Under the pieces are notes generated by a model. The model did not search any database, had not been told where the DNA came from, and saw nothing but the letters and a program-made list of their open reading frames with translations. Source: a virus (taxonomy: Duplodnaviria; Heunggongvirae; Uroviricota; Caudoviricetes). Taken from it: 45,562 bases of DNA. Within the stretch, counting starts at the first letter, position 1. The number at the start of each line of letters is the position of its first letter. Positions 18,636-28,448 of the stretch are shown here, in pieces. A program made the position numbers and the translations under genes. The stretch is taken from positions 1-45,562 of the IMG/VR virus record IMGVR_UViG_3300029705_000023. One strand, 5' to 3'.

Positions 18636-19233
18636 AACAGGATCCCCGCTGGAAAGCTATCTGGTAGGGGAACAGGTAAACCTCTTTCTGGAAATGAACA
18701 GCTGGTCCGTGAGCCGGCTGTTTTCATTTTTGCAGAAAAACAGCGGCGTGTCACGCTACTTCTATGACTACATCCGAAAGCTGTCGCGCCGGTTCAATAT
18801 GACCCGCATTGAAGAACACATCCAGCTGGGCGAGTTTAATGATTCCCCGCTGACGGATGCAAAGCTGCGTGCGGTCATGCGCTGCCGACCCGAAGCTGCT
18901 AAAAAAGCCTTGTGCTACGTAGTTTCACATCATGTCAGCGCGGCTGCTGCGGAACGGTGGTTCGAGAAGCAGGGATTCATCGCCAAGCGGGATGAGTCTG
19001 TCTTTCAGACGCAGCTGCGGCTCCTTCAGGCGGCGCATCAGGAATACGAGGAGCAGGTGGATCGGTTCGCGAGGACGTACCGCCGTCTTCCCGGAACGGA
19101 AACCGCGGATGAAGCTGCCGCCCGCCGCAAGCTCAAGACGAAGCTCCGTCCGAAAGCGCATAAGAAGCTCTTGGTGGTTCTGACGGATTCCGGACCGATC
19201 ACCGGCAGCGGCTCGGCTTTCGGGTCAGACTGA
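18565..19233 (+). CDS. helical DNA-binding-like protein (ParB/DUF1016-N-like), probable paralog of 38063-38938
   Basis: YLVGEQV...GVSR.F....RKLSRRF...LTDAKLR...VS pattern parallels the 38063 ORF. Confidence 0.45.
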   Translation: MEKSMITPGEKEALSRITTVLNHETGSPLESYLVGEQVNLFLEMNSWSVSRLFSFLQKNSGVSRYFYDYIRKLSRRFNMTRIEEHIQLGEFNDSPLTDAKLRAVMRCRPEAAKKALCYVVSHHVSAAAAERWFEKQGFIAKRDESVFQTQLRLLQAAHQEYEEQVDRFARTYRRLPGTETADEAAARRKLKTKLRPKAHKKLLVVLTDSGPITGSGSAFGSD

Positions 19234-21075
19234 GACGTCCCAGTCCATGTCTTCATCGTAGCTGTACTGGATCGACGCGGCATCCGGACGGTAAGGGCTG
19301 AAGTTCGGCCACATATTCGTCGTATGCCAGAGCGCCAGACAGCCGATGTTGACGGCATGAGCAAAATCATCCGGAACGGACGGATTCCGGGTGATCAGGT
19401 AGGCAGGAGATCCAATGCGTCCTCCGGACTTCTCTTCGATCAGGGCGAGAAAATCATCCATCAGCGAGCCGGTGGACTGCACACCGCCGTCGTACTGGAA
19501 AAAACGAAGTTTTCCAGTTCGAAGACAGGTGATGGTGTAGAGCAGGCTGCGTGTCTTGTCGGCGCGGAAATAGCGGCGGGAATGATTCGCGGTAGGCGGC
19601 ACCTCGGTCATCAGATTGTACTTCGCGCTGCCGACATACTGGACGGGTATGGTCGATGCCTGAGGTACTCCGGACTGGATGAGGAACGTTTCACGGAGCG
19701 TTCCGGCACCGGTATAGTCGTGGGCGATCGTATCGACCTGAAACTTCTTCATGTAGTAGAGACACTGTTCTGCCTCCGCTACGTGGTCCAAAGAGGCGGT
19801 AAGACGCTTTCCCCACAGGCAGTCCACGGTACCGTCCGGGAGGATCCCGAGCAGAGCGAGAACGGTGTAGCTGATCGCAGATTCACCGCCGCCTGCCCAG
19901 TCTACCGCCAGCGTCATCCACGCGTAGCGGCTTCGTCTGGCAAGGATCTCCGGAGACGGATCTTCCGGATTGTTCTTCCAGGGGAGACAGCCGGCAGCCT
20001 GAAGGTCCGTCGTGGAGACCAGCTTCTGCCCCGCGTCTACGGATTCTCCAAGGATCTCATTGTAAAATCGGGCTGTGCTGGTATGCGCCGCGCCTTCCTG
20101 TTTCTCAATGAGCGTCCTCCATTTCGCGGCTTCTGCAAAGTGGCAGGGAAGAATGATCTGCGGAACATGATAGCCCGCGAAACGTTCTTTCTTCTCCGGG
20201 ATGCGGTGCTCCCAGTGGCCGGTTCGCGGATTGATCGGTTTCTTGCATTTATGGCAGACCGTTGCCGGACAGGCTTCGGAAATGTCCTCGTGCCAGGGAC
20301 CGATCATGTCCAGCAGATGATACTCCGCTGCCGGGATGTTCCACTCATTGCAATGCGTGCATTTGATGACCCACTCCGCCTGACTGGAGTCCATCCAAAG
20401 CCCCTGGATCGTGTTGTCCATAGACTTAGGCGTTCCGGTGTACTGGATGAGACTGAATCGGGAGGCGTCCGTAGTGGACTCAATAACCGGAAGCAGGTCC
20501 GGATCAAAGTCCTGGATCTCGTCGAAGCTGACCATGTCCGCGGCGATACCTCGGATGCGGTCCGCAGAAAGCGAAGCAAAGGAGAAGATCAGGTTCGACC
20601 GGTTTGGAAACTCGTGATGGTAGATCGTATCCTTGGTGTTAGAATCGTTCCAGAGAAACGGAAGCGGGGAGTCTGCCATCAGCGGCTTCACGTAGTTGAT
20701 CGAGAAACGCCGTACCTGCTCGCCCAAAGGCGTCGCTACCAAAGACGTGAAGTTTGGATTCTGTCCGGGAATGATCAGGTTCGCGGAGGCGGTCGAGATC
20801 GACTTCCCGACCTGACGTCCTGTCTTAAACAGAAGACGCTTCGGGCGGTCGCAGTAAAACAGCGGTGAGAACGGACGGTAGTCCTGCAGGGTAAGCGGGC
20901 GTCCTTTGAACGAGAAGAACAGAGGAAGCAGAAGCTCATAGGTCCGGATGGAGGTCAGCTCCTGGATCTTGCGCAGGATGGCGACCCGGTCCACCGGAAG
21001 GATGGATCGGCCGTAAAGTTTTTCTGCCGTAAGCTGGCGGATGAGGGTCTCTAACTCAGGATTAAAGGAGGACAT
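19225..21075 (-). CDS. terL: terminase large subunit (GpA-like)
   Basis: LLFKTGRQVGKS Walker A, VSFDEIQD Walker B, YTGTPK coupling motif, CxxC/CxxC insert, LAVDWAGG and PDDFAHA RNase H-like nuclease motifs. Confidence 0.9.
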   Translation of the reverse strand: MSSFNPELETLIRQLTAEKLYGRSILPVDRVAILRKIQELTSIRTYELLLPLFFSFKGRPLTLQDYRPFSPLFYCDRPKRLLFKTGRQVGKSISTASANLIIPGQNPNFTSLVATPLGEQVRRFSINYVKPLMADSPLPFLWNDSNTKDTIYHHEFPNRSNLIFSFASLSADRIRGIAADMVSFDEIQDFDPDLLPVIESTTDASRFSLIQYTGTPKSMDNTIQGLWMDSSQAEWVIKCTHCNEWNIPAAEYHLLDMIGPWHEDISEACPATVCHKCKKPINPRTGHWEHRIPEKKERFAGYHVPQIILPCHFAEAAKWRTLIEKQEGAAHTSTARFYNEILGESVDAGQKLVSTTDLQAAGCLPWKNNPEDPSPEILARRSRYAWMTLAVDWAGGGESAISYTVLALLGILPDGTVDCLWGKRLTASLDHVAEAEQCLYYMKKFQVDTIAHDYTGAGTLRETFLIQSGVPQASTIPVQYVGSAKYNLMTEVPPTANHSRRYFRADKTRSLLYTITCLRTGKLRFFQYDGGVQSTGSLMDDFLALIEEKSGGRIGSPAYLITRNPSVPDDFAHAVNIGCLALWHTTNMWPNFSPYRPDAASIQYSYDEDMDWDVSV

Positions 21076-21076
21076 A

Positions 21077-21301
21077 ATGCCTGGCTCTTCAAAAAATTAT
21101 ATTGAAAACAATCATATCAACGACCAGATGGTCCGGGAACAGCCGCTGTCAAAGCTGGACACGGTGTCTGCCCGCCGGTATGACTATTATGACGGATTGC
21201 CGTCGAAATGTGAAATTTTGAAAGAAGATCGGGAGGTTATTAATAACGATGAATCCAATGGAAGATGCCGTGAAAGCGGCTTTGAAGGCGACTCGGGATG
21301 A
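21077..21301 (+). CDS. small hypothetical protein
   Basis: SD AAGGAGG before ATG 21077; divergent from terL. Confidence 0.4.
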   Translation: MPGSSKNYIENNHINDQMVREQPLSKLDTVSARRYDYYDGLPSKCEILKEDREVINNDESNGRCRESGFEGDSG

Positions 21302-22124
21302 ACGGCTGCGGAAAAAGTTAGAAAGTGTGCTGTATTGCAGACCAAAGCATTTCTGCCGTAACGTGCAGCTGTGTCAGTTCTGCATACGGCTCCGCCAGAA
21401 AAATATCTCCGCAAAGATAGAGGCATACAGGCGCAGGAAGGGCATTCTTTACGGTTTCCTGCGCACGGAGGAGTTTCTTCTGGACAGTCTGGATGACATG
21501 AAGCCGCAGTATCAGGTCTTGAAAGACAGGATCCGAAAGATACGGCGCACGATGCCTAAGGGTTCTTCCCGTCTTAGAGGCTGGGTGAGCAGGTACGAGC
21601 TGGTCTGGAATAAAAAGGAGAACTGCTGGTCCTTGCGGGTAGTAACCCTTCTGCTGTTCAGACGGCGGAACATTACTACCCGCTCTCCTTACTGGACAGA
21701 GAAAACCGTTTGGGAGGAAGACGGATCTTTGAAATCAGGAACTCCAAGACACAGCTCCAGAATGAAGTACCTGGGACCCTTAAGACACCCGAAGCAGTCC
21801 GTGTCGGTGATACTTCATTCGTTTCAGCTACCGGAATTCTATAAACAGTCAGCGGAAGCATTGCTGAAGTTTTTGACTTTGACAGGAAGTTCACAGACCT
21901 GGGTGACAGGAGGTGAACTCTTTCAGAAGCCAGGAAAGAGAAAAACGGTTTCTCGACTTAAGCCTGTACGAAAATATAAAATAATCAAATGTAAGAAACC
22001 TGTACAGATTGCGAAGCAGGTAGAGGAACTTCTTCGCAGGAAAGGCAGAGAGGACGTTTTGCAGGAGTCGAGAGGATCTGCTGTAGAAGCAGGTCCTGAA
22101 GTCTGTTTTCAAGAAAGGATCTAA
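21249..22124 (+). CDS. Rep_1 (HUH rolling-circle initiator)-like protein lacking catalytic residues
   Basis: FCRNVQLCQFC..R, GWVSRYELVWNKKENCWSLRVVTLLLF and TGGELF match the Rep_1 layout, but the HxH and the YxxK tyrosine are absent. Very basic. Confidence 0.5.
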   Translation: MNPMEDAVKAALKATRDERLRKKLESVLYCRPKHFCRNVQLCQFCIRLRQKNISAKIEAYRRRKGILYGFLRTEEFLLDSLDDMKPQYQVLKDRIRKIRRTMPKGSSRLRGWVSRYELVWNKKENCWSLRVVTLLLFRRRNITTRSPYWTEKTVWEEDGSLKSGTPRHSSRMKYLGPLRHPKQSVSVILHSFQLPEFYKQSAEALLKFLTLTGSSQTWVTGGELFQKPGKRKTVSRLKPVRKYKIIKCKKPVQIAKQVEELLRRKGREDVLQESRGSAVEAGPEVCFQERI

Positions 22125-22790
22125 AATCGTCGCTAGGAGGCGTTTTGGGGTCTTGATGACTCTTGATACTATCTACCCTCAAAAAATTCAGTCAAAAATC
22201 AAATAAGAGCCAAGAACTTGAAATGCAGGGTACACAGAGAAGGCAGAAATGACTTTTCGCAGGAGAAGACCTTGCAGGACAGGTGACGCGGGAAGGCTTG
22301 CAGAGCTTCAGAGACAGGCTTCTGTGGAAGGCAGGAGTCAGAGACAGCAGAGGCAGAAAGGGTGAAGGAAGAGAGAAAATTCGCGTGCAGCGGAAGGAGC
22401 GCAGCGGATGGAGCGCACGCGAATTTTTTTTCTTTTACCGGCGAATAACTGACTAGTTAGGCTTTAGCGAGCTATGTTATAGCGAGCCAGCTTTTGAGCG
22501 ATAGCGAAAAAGTAAGCCTAACGCAGTTTCGAGTGCTAACGAGAAACTAGTTAGTTATTTGCTTAAGGTAGAAAAATAGTCCACCCAAAATAACCACGCC
22601 AAAAATCTATTGCAAACTGTACGGACTTGTGCTTTTGTTTGCTTTTAAGCAAAATTCAAGAAATCTAATTAACCAAAATTTTTACTTTTTCCTCTTGACA
22701 AGCTCAAAAAAATATTCAGATTTTTTGGAATTTGCTTTCCTGCTGGGTGTTATTGATAACACTTTTGAGACTTAAATTTTTTAGAAAGGA
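22125..22790. other. structured non-coding region, candidate replication origin
   Basis: Largest intergenic gap. Purine-skewed GAAGGCAG-like repeats, hairpin 22376-22427, branched fold 22441-22562, AT-rich tract. Directly precedes the replication operon. Confidence 0.55.
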
Positions 22791-22798
22791 GACGCAAA

Positions 22799-23917
22799 AT
22801 GATCATTTTTGCAGCGGACCTGCATATCAGAAATCACACGTTTTCGGCACAGGGATTGAAAATAAATGACTCCCTGACCGGTTTTCAGCGTGTGCTGGAG
22901 ACAGCAAAGGACGCCAGAAAGTATGGAGAGCCTGTTTCCATCGTTCTCGGCGGTGATATATGGGACACAAAAAGGATAACTCCGGACCTGCTGGAAGAGG
23001 CGATACGCCTTAGAAACAAGTATCTGGACATTCCCATCTACTATATCAACGGGAATCACGACGACATTTTGCCGTCATGGACCAGCTTTCTCGGAAACAC
23101 CATTCATCTGGGACCGGAACCGGTGACTCTGCCGGGGGGTGAAACCGTCTCCGGAATGGACTATACTACCCCCAGAAAAATCAAAGAAAATTTAGAGTCT
23201 GTACAGGTTTCAGACTTTCTGGTCGTCCACCAGTTCGTGGAGGATAGGGAGGACAGTTTCATCAGTGCATCCGTACCTCTGGAAACTTACGCGAGATTCC
23301 CTGTCGTACTGGCGGGGGATATTCATGAACAGCGGCATCTGTACGGGAAGCATACCGACCTGCTTTACTCAGGACCTGCTTATCGATGCAGCATTCCTGA
23401 ACCGGAAGGCGGCTGCCTGCTCCTGTCAAAGAAACGTTTTCTGCTCATGTGCCGAACGCTGAATAATGGCTATAAAGCCATGTATCAGTCGTTTGAGATC
23501 CGTCCCATGACCCATCTGACCTTTGACGGTCCGTTCACGATGGCACGGATCGAGGAGTTCAGACAGAAGTGGGAACCAGAGAGGTATCGAAGGACTCTTT
23601 CAGTCTCACCCCTGACTGTGCTGCATGCAGAGGCGTTTGAAGAAGAGGCAGTAAAGTATCTGCTGGATCATTACGGGTCGAAAGACGGTCTGGATCCGGA
23701 GAAAGGACTGTTTCTGTTTCGAAGGACGGTGCCGGTACAGGAGCGGATCGTACCGTCGGAGAATACAGATGCAGTATTGGCTTCCAACGCGCTGTCCTAC
23801 GCAATAGAGTCGCTTCAGACATATCAGACGGAAGACAGAGTGAAGGAGCTGGCCAGAGATGCGCTGACAAATGAGGATCGATTCTTTGAAGACCTCAAAG
23901 AGCATTTTTCACTATAA
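22799..23917 (+). CDS. sbcD: SbcD/Mre11-like metallophosphoesterase nuclease
   Basis: ADLH, GGDIWD, GNHD, VHQ and GDIH motifs. Confidence 0.85.
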   Translation: MIIFAADLHIRNHTFSAQGLKINDSLTGFQRVLETAKDARKYGEPVSIVLGGDIWDTKRITPDLLEEAIRLRNKYLDIPIYYINGNHDDILPSWTSFLGNTIHLGPEPVTLPGGETVSGMDYTTPRKIKENLESVQVSDFLVVHQFVEDREDSFISASVPLETYARFPVVLAGDIHEQRHLYGKHTDLLYSGPAYRCSIPEPEGGCLLLSKKRFLLMCRTLNNGYKAMYQSFEIRPMTHLTFDGPFTMARIEEFRQKWEPERYRRTLSVSPLTVLHAEAFEEEAVKYLLDHYGSKDGLDPEKGLFLFRRTVPVQERIVPSENTDAVLASNALSYAIESLQTYQTEDRVKELARDALTNEDRFFEDLKEHFSL

Positions 23918-23924
23918 AAGAAAA

Positions 23925-23959
23925 GCCCGGGTGTCGGAAGCTGTAAAGGACACCCGGGC
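23925..23959 (+). other. intergenic hairpin
   Basis: GCCCGGGTGTC...GACACCCGGGC between the sbcD- and sbcC-like genes. Confidence 0.5.
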
Positions 23960-24012
23960 ATCGTTTTGTACACTTTATGATAAAGTCTTGAATCAGGTTG
24001 TAAAGGAACATT

Positions 24013-26115
24013 ATGAAAATAAAAGGATTACAGTTGGTCAATTGGTGCCAGCACCGGGAACTCACCGTGCATTTTGACGCGGGACTGGTCGGGATCCTGG
24101 GTCCTAACGGATCCGGAAAGAGTAATATCATCCGGGCACTGGTGTATGCTCTGACAGGGTATACTCCCACAAACAAGCTGGAGTATATCAGCACCGGGGA
24201 AAAGACCGGATCTGTCGCGCTGGAGATCTGCACGGATAACGGCGCGGAAAATTATAAGATCACCCGCGCCATTCAGAACGGGACTGTTTCCGTGAGTCGT
24301 CTGAACGACGGTATCTGGGAGGTCATCACGAAAACTTCTGCGGATGCCCGGGCCTTGATCGCGGAGATGATCCACATCTCGGCGGACGTGGCGTGTCAGG
24401 TCTTCTGTACCCCGCAGGAAGATCTGGTGTCGCTCTTCCGCGAGACTTCCGCAAAACGGAATCAGATACTGCAGCGGGTCTTTTCGCTTCAGTTTTTTGA
24501 ACGGGAGCGAAAGAAGATCATGGAGATCCTGCAGACCGTAGATCAGAAGGCGGCGGAACTGGAAGCGCAGCTGGTTCTTTTGTCGGATCAGCGGGCGCAG
24601 AAAGAAGCATTCCTTCAAAGTTTCGCTTCCCTGCCGCCAAAACAGACGCTGGAGGATATGCTGAAGTCTCTGACGGAATCCGGACAGGAGACGGCCAGAA
24701 GACTTGGTTCTGTGCAGCTGCGGGCGTATCTGTCTGCACAGCAGGAAAAAGGGGAGGCAGAGCTGCAGATGATACAGGAACGGCTGCGGGAGCCGGCTCC
24801 TGTCTGCGAGGAGACCCGCTCCCGGGCGGATCTGGAGACTCAATTAACGCTTTCCCTTCAGCGGCAGGCGGAGCGCAGCGCAGTGTATAAACAGGCTTCT
24901 GCCTTTCTGAGACTCGCTCCTCCGGAAGAGATTGATCCGGACGAGCTGGATCGGCTTCAGGCACAGTATACCGATCTGGTTGCGGAGACGAAGGAGGCAC
25001 AAAAGCTCTTTGATCTGATCACCGGCTGCGGCACAGAGGGACGCTGTCCCACGTGCGGGGCGAAAACATCATGGACTGAGGATGACCTGCGAAAGGCGCA
25101 GGCACACTTTACGGAGGCGCGGCAGAAGCTCTCGGAGCTGAAATCGTATATGACACTCCGGAAACAGGAGATCGAGAAACAGGCCCGCCGGAACTCGCAG
25201 TATGCTTCGCATCTTGAGGCATTGGAGCAGCCGCTTGCCAGTCTCGGCTACATGGGAGTACCGGCAGAGGTATTCCCTGCGCTGGAGAAGGACTTGACAG
25301 ATCTGGATCTTGAAGTCCATAACCTTAGAGAGTCCCTGAAGAAAGTGTCCGGTCACGAAGCCGCGTCTCAGGCGTGGCGGCAGGAGCAGGAACGTCTTCA
25401 GACACGGCTCGAAGAGCTGAACCGTAATCTTCAGGCGATTCAGGAGAATCCAGTGTGGTCTGAGATGGAGGTTCAGGATACGGCTGCACTGGAACAGGAG
25501 CAGGCTGTTATTAATAAACAGATCCAGCAGGTGAAGGACCAGCTTCTGGAGCGTGTTCAGTATGACGGGATCGCACTGGAGCTGGAAGGGATCTCGCAGG
25601 ATGTTCTCAGGATCCGGAATCAGCTGAAGGAGACGGATCCGGAGCTTCGTCGGGACCTGCACGCATTGGCGGATATGTTCCACATCAAGGCGTTTCCGGC
25701 GAAAGTTGCCTGCGACATCTACAGGAAGCTGACAGAGAAGATCCGGATATACCTGACCGAATTTAACGCACCGTTTACGGTAGAGTTCGTGGAGGGCGGA
25801 GACTTTTTCTGTCACTTCGATAACGGAACGGTGCAGCTGGCAGCCAGACTCTCCGGAGGGGAGAAGATGCTGTTGTCGATCGCGTTCCGGCTTGCGCTTC
25901 ATTCCGTATTTGCGCAGGATGACACCGGCGGTTTCGTGATGCTGGACGAGCCTACGACTTTTCTGGATTCCAGAAACCGAGGCGCGTTGACGGATGTGCT
26001 GAAGCGTCTGAAGGAATCCCCGGTGTTTTCGGATCTGCAGATCTTCATCGTGACGCATGATGAGATGCTGCGCCCATTATTCAATTCGTTAGTTGACTTA
26101 GGAGAAAAGAAATGA
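24013..26115 (+). CDS. sbcC: SbcC/Rad50-like SMC ATPase
   Basis: GPNGSGKS, coiled coil with CPTC Zn hook, LSGGE, MLDEPT, VTH. Confidence 0.9.
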   Translation: MKIKGLQLVNWCQHRELTVHFDAGLVGILGPNGSGKSNIIRALVYALTGYTPTNKLEYISTGEKTGSVALEICTDNGAENYKITRAIQNGTVSVSRLNDGIWEVITKTSADARALIAEMIHISADVACQVFCTPQEDLVSLFRETSAKRNQILQRVFSLQFFERERKKIMEILQTVDQKAAELEAQLVLLSDQRAQKEAFLQSFASLPPKQTLEDMLKSLTESGQETARRLGSVQLRAYLSAQQEKGEAELQMIQERLREPAPVCEETRSRADLETQLTLSLQRQAERSAVYKQASAFLRLAPPEEIDPDELDRLQAQYTDLVAETKEAQKLFDLITGCGTEGRCPTCGAKTSWTEDDLRKAQAHFTEARQKLSELKSYMTLRKQEIEKQARRNSQYASHLEALEQPLASLGYMGVPAEVFPALEKDLTDLDLEVHNLRESLKKVSGHEAASQAWRQEQERLQTRLEELNRNLQAIQENPVWSEMEVQDTAALEQEQAVINKQIQQVKDQLLERVQYDGIALELEGISQDVLRIRNQLKETDPELRRDLHALADMFHIKAFPAKVACDIYRKLTEKIRIYLTEFNAPFTVEFVEGGDFFCHFDNGTVQLAARLSGGEKMLLSIAFRLALHSVFAQDDTGGFVMLDEPTTFLDSRNRGALTDVLKRLKESPVFSDLQIFIVTHDEMLRPLFNSLVDLGEKK

Positions 26116-26414
26116 CAAGAGAAGAACTGTATAAGCTGGTAAGCGACGGAGAGATCCACATCGTGGAGTTCGGCGCCGACAACTGTGCTGCCTGCCGTGC
26201 CGCTGGGATGGTACAGGCGCAGCTTAAGAAAAAGTATCCGGAAGTGAGCTTTACGCAGGTACGTCTGGAAGATTCGCCGGAGTTGTCTTCAGAGTTCACG
26301 ATCGACCGCCTGCCGTACACGCAGATATGGAAAGACAAGGAAATTCAAGCGGAATTTCAGGGGCTTTGTTCGGCAAAGAAGCTGGAAGAAATTATCGAGG
26401 ACCTGAAATCATGA
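26112..26414 (+). CDS. thioredoxin-like protein
   Basis: IVEFGADNCAAC and LP motif; 100 aa. Confidence 0.75.
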   Translation: MTREELYKLVSDGEIHIVEFGADNCAACRAAGMVQAQLKKKYPEVSFTQVRLEDSPELSSEFTIDRLPYTQIWKDKEIQAEFQGLCSAKKLEEIIEDLKS

Positions 26415-27883
26415 ATGTGCAGATCCTGAGGAATGGAAATTCCATTGAGATCCGAGGCGAGCGGGGCACGGCATTGGAGCCGGGGCTCCGTTCTTCTTTA
26501 CACAATACATTCCAGTACACAAAGACGGAGAGGATCCGGAGCGGGCGCAAGTGGCAGTATGTCGCGACACCGGTCTACATGATGGTGGATACGACAAAGG
26601 ACACTCTGATCACGACCTACGGCATGTGTCCGGCGGTCGTGCGTTTTCTTCAGAAGGAAGGGCACACCCTCCAGTGTCAGGACCTGACGCCGCCGGACCA
26701 GAATTATATTCATCTGGAACCGGATCGGTCCGTGCTGGATCGGTACGCTTTCCGAACGGGGCAGCTGGAAGCCCTCGAAGCGTTCATTCAGGGACGCCAT
26801 GGAGTATTGTGCGCTCCGGTCGGCTTTGGAAAGACGTTTCTGTTAAGTGTACTGATCCAGATGTACCCGACGGCGAAGTTTCATATCTGCACCCGGTCCC
26901 GGGATGTTCTGAATGAGATTTACCGGCGTCTGGTATCGGTCACGCCCGATGTCGGAATGTTCTGCGGTGAGCGTAAGGATCGGGATTGCCGGGTCACAGT
27001 AATTACCGCGGACAGTCTTGGACGGCTGGATACGCAGGATGTGGCGTTTCTGATTTTCGATGAGTGTCATCAGGCTGCGGCTCCAACGTACATGGATGTC
27101 CTGCTGACCAAGTACACCGTCTCAAGGATGTACGGGTTTACAGCGACGCCAAAGGGACGCTCGGACGGAGCGGACACCGCGCTGAACTGGATCTTCGGGG
27201 ATGTTATTTATAACATGAACTATGAGGCAGGAGTTCAGGGCGGGCTGGTGGTCCCGATCACAGTCGAGTGGCTTCATTGTTTCGACGCGGACGGGACCTC
27301 CGGAATGTGGAGCGAGACGGTTTCCCGAAACCGGCATCTTATCTGGCGAAACGGGTATCGGAATGCACTGATCTCCAGTTACGTGAATGAGAAGTGTGCG
27401 GAAGACGAGAAGGTCCTGATCCTGGTCTCTACGATTGAGCATGCGCTCTATCTGAAACAGTACCTGCCGGAATTTACGCTGGTACACGGCAATCTGAAAC
27501 CGGATGATCTGTACCGGTATCAAAGGCAGGGGCTGCTTCCGGAGGACTATGTTCCGCTGAAGGCAAAGGATCGGAACCGCATGAAGGAAGAGTTCAAAAA
27601 CGGGACTCTTCGGCGTGTGATCGCGACGGATGTCTGGTCTACGGGTGTAGATTTTCCGGATCTGTCCGTTGTCATTAACGCATCGGCGCGGGCTTCTTCC
27701 ATTTCAGCGATGCAGGGCGGCGGGCGTGCCTCCCGTGTCGCGGATGGAAAGTCTTCGGCAAGAGTTGTGGATATTGTGGACCGGTTTGACGGAACGAATT
27801 CTCCGTTTTATCGGAACGCATGCAGCAGAAAACAGACATACGAAGAAGCAGGATGGACCCAAAGTGGCTGGAAGCGCTTGTGA
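26411..27883 (+). CDS. superfamily 2 DNA helicase (UvsW-like)
   Basis: APVGFGKT, DECH, FTATP, STGVDFP, QGGGRASR. Confidence 0.88.
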   Translation: MNVQILRNGNSIEIRGERGTALEPGLRSSLHNTFQYTKTERIRSGRKWQYVATPVYMMVDTTKDTLITTYGMCPAVVRFLQKEGHTLQCQDLTPPDQNYIHLEPDRSVLDRYAFRTGQLEALEAFIQGRHGVLCAPVGFGKTFLLSVLIQMYPTAKFHICTRSRDVLNEIYRRLVSVTPDVGMFCGERKDRDCRVTVITADSLGRLDTQDVAFLIFDECHQAAAPTYMDVLLTKYTVSRMYGFTATPKGRSDGADTALNWIFGDVIYNMNYEAGVQGGLVVPITVEWLHCFDADGTSGMWSETVSRNRHLIWRNGYRNALISSYVNEKCAEDEKVLILVSTIEHALYLKQYLPEFTLVHGNLKPDDLYRYQRQGLLPEDYVPLKAKDRNRMKEEFKNGTLRRVIATDVWSTGVDFPDLSVVINASARASSISAMQGGGRASRVADGKSSARVVDIVDRFDGTNSPFYRNACSRKQTYEEAGWTQSGWKRL

Positions 27884-28448
27884 AGTTTTTAGAGAAGTTT
27901 ATTTCAGGCTCTACAATGAGCAGAACAATACCAGATACGGAAAGACCAGAATGCCGAGGTATGACGGCGGCACGGCAGTAGACGGGCGAAAGTACAAGCC
28001 GGTATGGCCGTCCGTCGCGCAGAAACTGCTGGACCATGGTTTGGACGTGGAGTCCTATTTGCAGGACACGCTGTCCCGGTACACGATCCGGTCTCCTCAG
28101 GAGGCCGTGAAGTCGGAGTATATCGAAAGGTACAAGCGGGAGCTGCAAAACGATGCGTCTGTAAAGGATGCGTGGGATGCTGAGGAAAAGACCCTTCTTT
28201 CTGAGGTGGAGATCCGCAGGCATCTGGGAGAGGACCCGGTCATGTCCCTGGTGAATGCTGTCTGTGATCCTGGGATCTCTGTTTCGCCGCTGGTTCGGTA
28301 TTGTTTTGCTGCCTTGAATGGCAAAGCGCACTTTGTGAAAGATTTACGGCAGGATGCGTATGAGCAGTATTGCCAGAAGCGTCATGCCTACGATCGTTTT
28401 TGCGGAGGTAGGATACCGCCTGAATGGAGGAGCCATGGAAATTATTGA
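27669..28448 (+). CDS. hypothetical protein between the helicases (true start likely near 27864)
   Basis: Fills the operon gap; overlaps the next start. Confidence 0.55.
   Translation: MSLTHRRGLLPFQRCRAAGVPPVSRMESLRQELWILWTGLTERILRFIGTHAAENRHTKKQDGPKVAGSACEVFREVYFRLYNEQNNTRYGKTRMPRYDGGTAVDGRKYKPVWPSVAQKLLDHGLDVESYLQDTLSRYTIRSPQEAVKSEYIERYKRELQNDASVKDAWDAEEKTLLSEVEIRRHLGEDPVMSLVNAVCDPGISVSPLVRYCFAALNGKAHFVKDLRQDAYEQYCQKRHAYDRFCGGRIPPEWRSHGNY

Noticed and set aside
22695-22725. TTGACA promoter upstream of sbcD
   Set aside because: The -35 is perfect but there is no convincing -10 at 16-18 nt.
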